IMG/VR virus record: IMGVR_UViG_3300033068_001704
Location: 128,001-192,000 of that record
DNA: 64,000 nucleotides
Source of the DNA: a virus
Taxonomy: Duplodnaviria > Caudoviricetes
Direction: 5' to 3' (one strand)
In this document: positions 58,401 to 64,000 of the stretch, in pieces
How positions within the stretch are numbered: the first letter of the stretch is position 1
How the letters are laid out: each line of letters begins with the position of its first letter
Notes under the pieces: generated by a model
What the model was told of the DNA's origin: nothing
Seen by the model: the letters and a program-made list of their open reading frames with translations, nothing else
Databases searched by the model: none
Position numbers and translations under genes: made by a program

Positions 58401-58724
58401 ACCGGTCAGGATTCAGCGGTGGACGAGATCACCCTGGACATGGCCTACAACGACACCGAGTCCACGACTGACTCGACCCTCGACGAGGTCCGCCGGTACA
58501 TCCAGGAAGTCCAGGAGACCCTCTTCAACGAGATCGTCGGCAAGTCCCAGGCTGCCGCGATCGGTAAGGAGTGGTCCGAGATGGCGAACGTGGACGCGAG
58601 CCTCGTAGCGGTGAACCGGAAGCTCGTGGAGATGACGCTCGCGCCCCTTGCCGCGGCGATGGGTGAAGCAGACGCTGCCGAGCGTTCGGCCGTGGTTGTG
58701 TCCAGGACGGTGATGGTGTCATGA
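55437..58724 (+). CDS. Large SNF2-like SF2 helicase with about 520 aa N-terminal extension
   Basis: LDTGIGKT, FDEAH, TAS, GQNLQ, QRTARAWRTGQ. Confidence 0.85.
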   Translation: MTAEIVKRVALLKLAEDEAQELTFQEWLKDQPASGMSDPISERIYPRLRSKLGPMAIPFFQLYGQTRLMMEGAPPPEEGLVQAWKNATKGLTRVLAAKLGDQGPPQLINSIFDRMTAVRPVLRKIEQGYGLYAFRTAGDQISQVIADVCRAVGLPVTIRPGVDAAKWPLVRRSSEKEQQLDRLKADNPSLYAQIVEGREKLRKIDIQVVESIQRAGLLPTKTKIRGRLVNLGVDPVTNERMVYTNDGRVVSVEQFSQEMVEGHAVRERSSKIFPNGLPKGGKTDPSLEGLRILTDVQVSDPDVIPQQEIIYRALTDDLAAEGGTRVYPTKIDAKGRPVVIDGRFKGIYLDDLVNRAGRLIEGAAFDFDARGKMVRFETKNPDGSPNLAARKEPYVTVTADGRLMVKVPFKGKNDPFTSARQEMDRLARPTRIPTIEKVAGTMNTTFIFPEKDYAAVRRAVGGMVLSKAAADKLKAYFDQLERQERALTEEATKSYTLSAIGGFKIEALIDPASGLPYDPPRFKPDLFGKQKEAISWAESKGYRGLLALDTGIGKTLTSIATMKKMERDGFAQDGTRFLYICPTKLRGNFAREARASLQEAGAFLSKVDVISYQQFARKRKENPKFGTVDGDPAAGVPPYVAVFFDEAHVLVKNPSSVGSRAALSLKHPRKILLTASPMEDDPDELYIGVAITNNIDLNERGPDGGVSPAVRDMMRFRSRFCQTVGGRTLGLKAADAEDPTKTEDFYAWAKSNFYAANKRDVVEKPLPELRRESKTITMDPAVETIYREEAQKVAEVLKAAVTVFRDKGKVRSDQVRDLFGMKLRKSLATLNDLSNMPALLIPGSRSPKVEASAEIVVDRISRGGRTILFTDSPKFAEYTVLELSVRVPSLLHAVALSGEIAVYQNGRKIAKYGQRIYRNKDGVEIPKQEWASFVLREIIGADQQVSSLVLTSGYSFGQNLQMFSTVVHLDRDGFSSETMKQRTARAWRTGQDSAVDEITLDMAYNDTESTTDSTLDEVRRYIQEVQETLFNEIVGKSQAAAIGKEWSEMANVDASLVAVNRKLVEMTLAPLAAAMGEADAAERSAVVVSRTVMVS

Positions 58725-58969
58725 CCCCGAAGACCCTTCAGGAATGGTCGAGCTACATCGACACCCTCTCCGGCCGGGACCTCTACGAGGCGGCAAGGGG
58801 AGCGGGATCGGTGAAGTTCATGCTCAAGCTGCGGGCTGAGGGCAGCGAACCGAACGACGTGACCGAGATCCAGAAGATGTTCGCGATCCGATTCGTGGAA
58901 CTCGGGATCGAACCTCCGGGCCGAGCGAACGGATGTGTCATCGACTTCCGGCGCCTCTCGGGCGTATAG
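58721..58969 (+). CDS. Hypothetical protein
   Basis: 82 aa ORF with ATGA overlap. Confidence 0.55.
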   Translation: MTPKTLQEWSSYIDTLSGRDLYEAARGAGSVKFMLKLRAEGSEPNDVTEIQKMFAIRFVELGIEPPGRANGCVIDFRRLSGV

Positions 58970-58974
58970 GAGGG

Positions 58975-59142
58975 ATGCAGAAGATCTCTCGGTTGGTGGC
59001 TGGGGTCCTGGTCGCGGCGATGGCGTGGCTCCCCGCCAAGGTGCTCGGGGAGTACCCGGCAGTCCTCGGGTCGGCGATGATCGTGAGCGTTCTCTTCAAG
59101 ATGCTCGGGATCGATCTCGGTGTGCGGGAGTACGCGGCATGA
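58975..59142 (+). CDS. Small two-TM membrane protein
   Basis: AGGAGG SD, ATG at 58975, two hydrophobic segments. Confidence 0.55.
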   Translation: MQKISRLVAGVLVAAMAWLPAKVLGEYPAVLGSAMIVSVLFKMLGIDLGVREYAA

Positions 59143-59369
59143 GCCCGTTGGAGAAGGCCCGCAAGATCTGGGACGACCTGGATACCTACGGGAAGTCCCA
59201 GCTTCTAATCTGGGGCACCTCGTTCACGACCTATGAGGACGAGGGTCCTGAGGTGTGTGGGTACTTGGGCGAGATCGTGACAGACATGAGGGCGCAGGTG
59301 AAGGCCCACGGCAACGTGGTGTGCGGAAACCTGCTATGTGAAGTCTGCGGAGAAGCAACGAACCGGTAG
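59139..59369 (+). CDS. Hypothetical protein with C-terminal Cys cluster
   Basis: Start MSPLEK via ATGA overlap; H...CG...CEVC. Confidence 0.55.
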   Translation: MSPLEKARKIWDDLDTYGKSQLLIWGTSFTTYEDEGPEVCGYLGEIVTDMRAQVKAHGNVVCGNLLCEVCGEATNR

Positions 59370-59378
59370 GAGGGTGTG

Positions 59379-60063
59379 ATGGAAAGCGTGATCGTGGAGA
59401 TTCGAGCTGGTGAAGGCGGAGACGACGCCAAGGCCCTGGTCCTCGAACAGTTCGGTGTGTACGGCCGGCTGATCGAGCGGAAAGGTCTTTGACGTCGCTC
59501 TGATTGAGTCTCGCTCCGGGTTCCTTTCCTTCCAGGCGAGCGGCAAGGGAGCCAAGAAGACGTTCGAGCGCGAGTCGGGAGGTCACCGCTGGCAGCGTGT
59601 ACCCCCGAACGAGAAGAGAGGTCGCGTTCAGACCTCGACCGTCACCGTCGCTGTGCTGGAGGAGCCGAAGGAGGCTGACCTTCGCATCGAAGAGCGGGAC
59701 ATCGAGTGGATGACGTGTCGCGGCTCAGGGGCCGGCGGACAGCACCGCAACACGACCGACTCCGCGGTGCAGATGACGCACCTTCCGACTGGGATCCGAG
59801 TCCGAGTCGAGAGCGAGAGGTCTCAGCATCAGAACCGGGACACGGCGTACCGGATCCTTCGCGCGCGTGTGTATGAGGCCCGACAGGCTGCGACGTCAAA
59901 GGCGCGGGATGCGTCTCGACGTCAGCAGATCGGGTCCGGGATGCGCGGGGACAAGATCCGAACGATCCGAGAGCAGGACGGTCAGGTCACTGACCATCGC
60001 TCCGAGACCCGGATCCGGTACAAGGACTACATCCGAGGGAACTGGGAGGGCCTCCTCCCGTAA
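59379..60063 (+). CDS. RF1-like class I peptide chain release factor lacking domain 1, joined by a +1 frameshift (59379..59489 + 59491..60063, 227 aa)
   Basis: Frame 0: MESVIVEIRAGEGGDDA...YGRLIERKGL-stop. +1 frame: DVALI...ESGGHRWQRVPPNEKRGRVQTSTVTVAV...GSGAGGQH.N.TDSAV..THLPTG...ERSQHQNR...G.RGDKIRT. Confidence 0.9.
59475..59493 (+). other. prfB-type programmed +1 ribosomal frameshift site CTT-TGA-C
   Basis: GAGCGGAAAGGT-CTT-TGA-C; CTT at 59487-59489, TGA at 59490-59492; release-factor homology continues in the +1 frame. Confidence 0.8.
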
Positions 60064-60066
60064 GGG

Positions 60067-60243
60067 CTACGCGCCCGAGCCGTGCGGAGGCAGGTTCTCT
60101 GCCTCCGCGTCCTCATCATCAGGGGGTGTGGTGTGCGGCCCGATGTACACGCTCGTGTTCACCCCCGACCCCGGAGCTGAAGTCTCCTTCGAGTCGAAGG
60201 CAGGCCCGAGCTTGATGCGCCTTCGGGTCGGGGGCTCCTCCAT
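60067..60243 (-). CDS. Hypothetical protein
   Basis: 58 aa from MEEPP, coupled to the upstream gene. Confidence 0.35.
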   Translation of the reverse strand: MEEPPTRRRIKLGPAFDSKETSAPGSGVNTSVYIGPHTTPPDDEDAEAENLPPHGSGA

Positions 60244-60503
60244 CACCAGCTCCCGAACTCGTTCTCCGAGTCCACGAAGGACACGGCCCAGGTCGTGACC
60301 TTCTTCAGCTCTTCCTGGGTGAGGGTTCGGGAAGAACCTTCGTGGGTGTCGTAGCACCCCGTCATCTGGAGGACGATCCCCTGGTTGGCGCGGTGGACCT
60401 GGAAGTGGGTGGCGATGACGTGGTCGTCCCCCTGACCAGCCGTCTCCCACGTCACCTTCACGAAGCTTCCATCAGCGAGGAACTCACGGGTCCGAAGATT
60501 CAC
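60243..60503 (-). CDS. Hypothetical protein
   Basis: GTG start with GGAGG SD, overlapping the stop of the previous gene. Confidence 0.5.
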   Translation of the reverse strand: MNLRTREFLADGSFVKVTWETAGQGDDHVIATHFQVHRANQGIVLQMTGCYDTHEGSSRTLTQEELKKVTTWAVSFVDSENEFGSW

Positions 60504-60748
60504 AGGGCCTCCGTTACGGTGAGGGACCCTACCTCGACCATGATGAATCTCCGGACCGTGAACTCCTTCATGTCGTGCCCACCCCTCTTGAGGCGGTCCA
60601 TCTCCATCTCGATGGTCTTGTCGGAGGTGTACGCCGTGGCGTGGAGGGGGCTGCTGACGAAGGTGCACCCGAGACCCTGATCGGAGTACCGGCCGGGGAT
60701 CAGCCACCCCTTCTCGCGGTGGTGGATGTACGCGACATCGAGGCTCAT
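60500..60748 (-). CDS. Hypothetical protein
   Basis: 82 aa from MSLDVAY, GGAGG SD, ATGA overlap with the ComM-like gene. Confidence 0.55.
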   Translation of the reverse strand: MSLDVAYIHHREKGWLIPGRYSDQGLGCTFVSSPLHATAYTSDKTIEMEMDRLKRGGHDMKEFTVRRFIMVEVGSLTVTEAL

Positions 60749-61998
60749 CGGAGGGCCTCCGTCTGCGCGGCCGAGCGCGTGACCGAGACTTGGGGGGTGT
60801 GGTCGCGGTTGTTGTGACGCACGTCTCGGATCGTGATGACGATGTCGAACAGGTCCTGGAGAGGAGCGATCCTGGACTTGAACGCCTCGATCCGAGCCGG
60901 CGTGCACGAACAGGTGTTGATCAGCTCCCCGTGGTAGCCGCACGGGCACGGAGCCATGGACCCGATGACGATCGGTCGTGCCGGCATGGTGGTGTGGGTC
61001 TCCTCTCGGACGACGACCACCTCCCCCTGCTTCAGCGCGTGGGCGAGGGCGTGCAGCGCGGAGAGCTGGAACTCCGGAAGCTCATCGAGAAACAGGACGC
61101 CGTTGTGCGCGAGCGTCACCTCCCCCGGTCGGATCGGGTCCCCTCCGCCGGTCAGGGCCGCCGTGCTGGCGGTGTGGTGAGGGGCCCGGAACGGACGGGA
61201 GAACGTCGAGGCGAGCATCCCCGAAGCGCTGGCGATCGAGGCGATCTCCTTCTCTTCGTCCGGGCTCGGGGTCGCGAGCAGGCTCACGAGGCACCGACCC
61301 AGCACGAGGCGACCCGAACCGGGAGGTCCGACGAGAAGGACGTTGAGCTTGTTCTTAGCCGCGAGCTTCAGCGCCTCCTTCGCCTCGTCGAGGCCGCGGA
61401 TGTCGTCCAGGTTGGGGCCTTCCCGGTCCGGGACCTCTGCCGGGGGTTTCGTTGCCAGCACCGACCCGGGGACCGCGTCCAGGAGCGTCTTGATGGAGAC
61501 CACGTCCTGGAGCGTCTTGACCTCGAAGAGGTCCATGCCCGGAACGAACTTGGCGTACCGAGCCGAGTCGCGTGGAACGAATGCCTGACGGACACCACGG
61601 TCGTAGGCTTCGAGGAGGATCGGGAGGAGACCTCGGACCGGGCGGACGTCCCCCGACAACGAGAGTTCACCCACGTAGATCGCGTCGTCCTCCATGATCC
61701 TGCCGGTTGCGGCGATGCAGGCCACGGCGATCGGGAGGTCGAGACTCGCCGACCCACGCTTCGGCAGATGAGGGCCGTTCACGGTCGCGGTCCACGCCTT
61801 GTCGGCGCGGGAGTCGTAGTAGCCGAATCGGAAAAGAGCCGAGGACACGCGGATCCGGGTCTCGTTGTTCGAGACCTCGGTCAGCTTCGGACCCACGACG
61901 TCGATCGGACCTCGTCTCTGGTCCCCGCCTTCACCTACCTCGATGGTGATCGGATGGCCCTTGACCCCTACCACGAACCCGGACTGAACTCTGAACAC
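60745..61998 (-). CDS. comM: ComM/YifB-family (Lon-C plus AAA+) protein, truncated and with altered Walker A
   Basis: DLPIA, GELSLSG.VRPVRG, GPPGSGR, PFRAPHHTAS, GEVTLAHNGVLFLDELPEF, PCPCGY; start placed at the GTG after GGAGG. Confidence 0.85.
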   Translation of the reverse strand: MFRVQSGFVVGVKGHPITIEVGEGGDQRRGPIDVVGPKLTEVSNNETRIRVSSALFRFGYYDSRADKAWTATVNGPHLPKRGSASLDLPIAVACIAATGRIMEDDAIYVGELSLSGDVRPVRGLLPILLEAYDRGVRQAFVPRDSARYAKFVPGMDLFEVKTLQDVVSIKTLLDAVPGSVLATKPPAEVPDREGPNLDDIRGLDEAKEALKLAAKNKLNVLLVGPPGSGRLVLGRCLVSLLATPSPDEEKEIASIASASGMLASTFSRPFRAPHHTASTAALTGGGDPIRPGEVTLAHNGVLFLDELPEFQLSALHALAHALKQGEVVVVREETHTTMPARPIVIGSMAPCPCGYHGELINTCSCTPARIEAFKSRIAPLQDLFDIVITIRDVRHNNRDHTPQVSVTRSAAQTEALR

Positions 61999-62016
61999 TG
62001 GCACCTCCGGTATATA

Positions 62017-62040
62017 AACGAGTGGGGCGAGGGTTCTTAC
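62017..62040 (-). promoter_or_regulatory. Candidate ECF-sigma-type promoter GTAA-N16-CGTT
   Basis: Matches 17365..17388 in elements and spacing; lies upstream of the comM-like gene. Confidence 0.45.
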
Positions 62041-62085
62041 CCCCCAACGGCTCCGAGGCTGCGTCTATAGCTGCGCGTGGGAGAG

Positions 62086-63315
62086 ATGGCTGAACCGAAG
62101 ATCGACCCGGCATGGGTGAAGGGCATCAGGGCATGGGTCAAGAAGACCTTCGCCCCGAAGACGTACCGCACCCCCGAGGAGGCACAGGCCCACGTCCAAC
62201 GCCTTCTCAGGATCGAGTTCCCTCGGCTGGAGGAGTACCTCCTGCTCAAGAACGGGATGCTCCCTCGCCCCGGGAACGACCCGAAGCTCAAGTCGATCCT
62301 CGACAAGATGCGCGACAAGGTCTCTGAGGAGCTTGCCGCTGCTCGTGAGCAGATCGACGAGGGGGGCGGGAAGATCCGGTTCTACATCGACGCCCTGACC
62401 CCCGGGACGAACGAGTACGAGTACCGCGATGACATGCGCAAGTTCTACGAGGGGAAGGAAGACGCCTACCTGAAGGCGGTGTCGGAGTTCGCTGACGAAG
62501 CGATCAGCAAGGCCGAGGCGATTCTCTCTGGGAAGCTTCTCCGCTTCCTCTCCACGTGGCTCGCGAAGTACAGCGATGGGGTGGCGTTCGAGCCCGATGG
62601 GATCCTCACCGAGTACGCCATCGGGAAGATGAAGTTCGTCTGGGACGCGAACACGTTCCCGAAGAGCCAGCGCAGGGACCCCTACACCCTCAAGGACTAC
62701 GTCCCGCACCTCGCGAAGGCCCATGCTCTCCTCGAACGGAAGGGGCTCGGGTCCGTCTGGTACGGGGTCACCCTCATCTCATGCAAGGGCTGCGGGGGCG
62801 ACAACCCTCATGGTATCCACTTCGGTGTCGGGGGCCACTGGCGCCCCGACCTCGACAGAGTTGTGATCTTCAGCGACCCCAGCCGGTACATCACCGAGCT
62901 GATGGTCCACGAACTGGGTCACCGCTACTTCTACAAGAACATGAGCCAGGGCGACCGAGCCCGCTTCAATTCGTACTTCGGCGAGGTGGGCGCAACGTCC
63001 ACGTATGGTGCGACGGCGAGCGAGGAGGACTTCGCTGAGGTCTTCTCCTCATTCGTCCTCGGCCGAGACATGACCCGCGACCAGATCGAGCGCTTCAAGG
63101 AGTTCCTCGCGGGCGAGGACCGAAAGCGTCTCGCCTCCCAGCAGGATCCGATCGTGAAGTCCGTGCAGGCCGTCTTGGAGCGTCATGGTCATGGAGGTTC
63201 GTACGCAGAGGACATCGCGTACGAGGTTCAGAACCAGCTCGCCGGCCGCATGGCCTCCAGTGTCGCGGCGCGCGCCATCGATAACTACTTTCTGGGACGG
63301 GTAGGATCCGAATGA
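62086..63315 (+). CDS. Zincin-type metallopeptidase domain protein
   Basis: VHELGH (HExxH) followed by TYG....EEDFAEVF. Confidence 0.75.
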   Translation: MAEPKIDPAWVKGIRAWVKKTFAPKTYRTPEEAQAHVQRLLRIEFPRLEEYLLLKNGMLPRPGNDPKLKSILDKMRDKVSEELAAAREQIDEGGGKIRFYIDALTPGTNEYEYRDDMRKFYEGKEDAYLKAVSEFADEAISKAEAILSGKLLRFLSTWLAKYSDGVAFEPDGILTEYAIGKMKFVWDANTFPKSQRRDPYTLKDYVPHLAKAHALLERKGLGSVWYGVTLISCKGCGGDNPHGIHFGVGGHWRPDLDRVVIFSDPSRYITELMVHELGHRYFYKNMSQGDRARFNSYFGEVGATSTYGATASEEDFAEVFSSFVLGRDMTRDQIERFKEFLAGEDRKRLASQQDPIVKSVQAVLERHGHGGSYAEDIAYEVQNQLAGRMASSVAARAIDNYFLGRVGSE

Positions 63316-63983
63316 CTCTTCGTAAGACCTCGGCGGAACGGGTGGCGAGGGTTGCATCCCTCAAGATGGCACTCGATACGAAGCAGTGGGGACCCTTCCG
63401 CTTCGAGATCGACCGTCCGAAAGGCTTCGTCAAGGAGTGGCCTCAGGACGATGGGTCGGTGAAGAAGTACAAGTACCCGGTGGACTACGGGTACTTTGTC
63501 GAGCACACGGGGGAGGACGACGAGGGTCTCGACGCCTTCGTCGGAGACGACCCGACCGGCAAGATCGAGAGCTTCATGAAGATGCGTCGCGACGACGACG
63601 GGAAGCTCATCGAAGACGAGACCAAGTTCCTCATCGGCCTGACTGCGGAAGAACGCAAGAAGGTCATGGGGCTGTATGAGAAGGGCGAGATCGTTGATCT
63701 CCGTGAGTACGAGGATTTCTACGAATTGGTGAACACTCTCAAGGGCTTCAGGGACAAGACTGCGTCCCGCGTGGCTTCCCGCTTCATTCAGGCACGCGCA
63801 TCGGTGCCGGACCGCCTCCGAGTCAACGGGATCGCGTTCGACGTGATCTCCACGACCTCCAACGGGCTGTTCATCTACCTCTCGGACCCTGCCTCCCCCA
63901 AGGAGAAGCACGTCCTCGCGTACCACGAGCGAGCCGGCTGGACGCTCGACCGGAAGCCCGTGAAGACGATGACCGCAGGCTGA
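63312..63983 (+). CDS. Family I inorganic pyrophosphatase-like protein
   Basis: EIDRPKG, YPVDYGY, GEDDEGLDAFV, DETK. Confidence 0.75.
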   Translation: MTLRKTSAERVARVASLKMALDTKQWGPFRFEIDRPKGFVKEWPQDDGSVKKYKYPVDYGYFVEHTGEDDEGLDAFVGDDPTGKIESFMKMRRDDDGKLIEDETKFLIGLTAEERKKVMGLYEKGEIVDLREYEDFYELVNTLKGFRDKTASRVASRFIQARASVPDRLRVNGIAFDVISTTSNGLFIYLSDPASPKEKHVLAYHERAGWTLDRKPVKTMTAG

Positions 63984-64000
63984 TCCTTTTCGGGAAGTAA

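Noticed and set aside
59653-60063. Stand-alone 136-aa ArfB/YaeJ-like GGQ protein, as given by the ORF track
   Set aside because: Release-factor homology extends 54 codons upstream in the same frame and continues into the 59379 ORF, which has the strong SD
1-64000. Stop-codon reassignment, suggested by a phage-encoded release factor
   Set aside because: Long genes are intact in the standard code, and TGA, TAG and TAA all terminate confident genes
1-64000. tRNA or rRNA genes
   Set aside because: Intergenic gaps are short and I saw no convincing cloverleaf; a tRNAscan-SE run would be needed to exclude them fully

Overview
This GC-rich window (roughly two-thirds G+C) is best read as part of a large, probably jumbo, tailed dsDNA phage genome. 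A Myxococcota-like host is suggested by a myxobacterial-style RCC1 lipoprotein, but this is inference only. Layout: 1-9871 is a tail module (tape measure, two tube-initiator-like proteins, and a baseplate hub with an embedded muramidase). 12.6-24.6 kb holds large virion proteins interleaved with accessory genes. 26.6-40.2 kb is a replication block (very large UvrD, SNF2, degenerate DnaC-like loader, DnaB, CHC2 zinc finger, family A DNA polymerase). 44.3-54.5 kb is a cluster of modular fibre/decoration proteins. 55.4-64 kb holds a second SNF2, a release factor, a degenerate ComM, a zincin and a pyrophosphatase-like protein. Three observations stand out. (1) An RF1-like class I release factor lacking domain 1 is split by a prfB-type CTT-TGA-C +1 frameshift site at a non-prfB position; the ORF track misses its first half. 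(2) A recurring R/K-x-A-[SA] / RVAxR peptide tag sits at the ends or domain junctions of unrelated enzymes. (3) An oriented CTAT motif lies upstream of virion genes and of the tagged enzymes, which together with (2) suggests a late-expressed, virion-packaged enzyme cargo system. All family calls come from motif recognition by eye; no searches were run.
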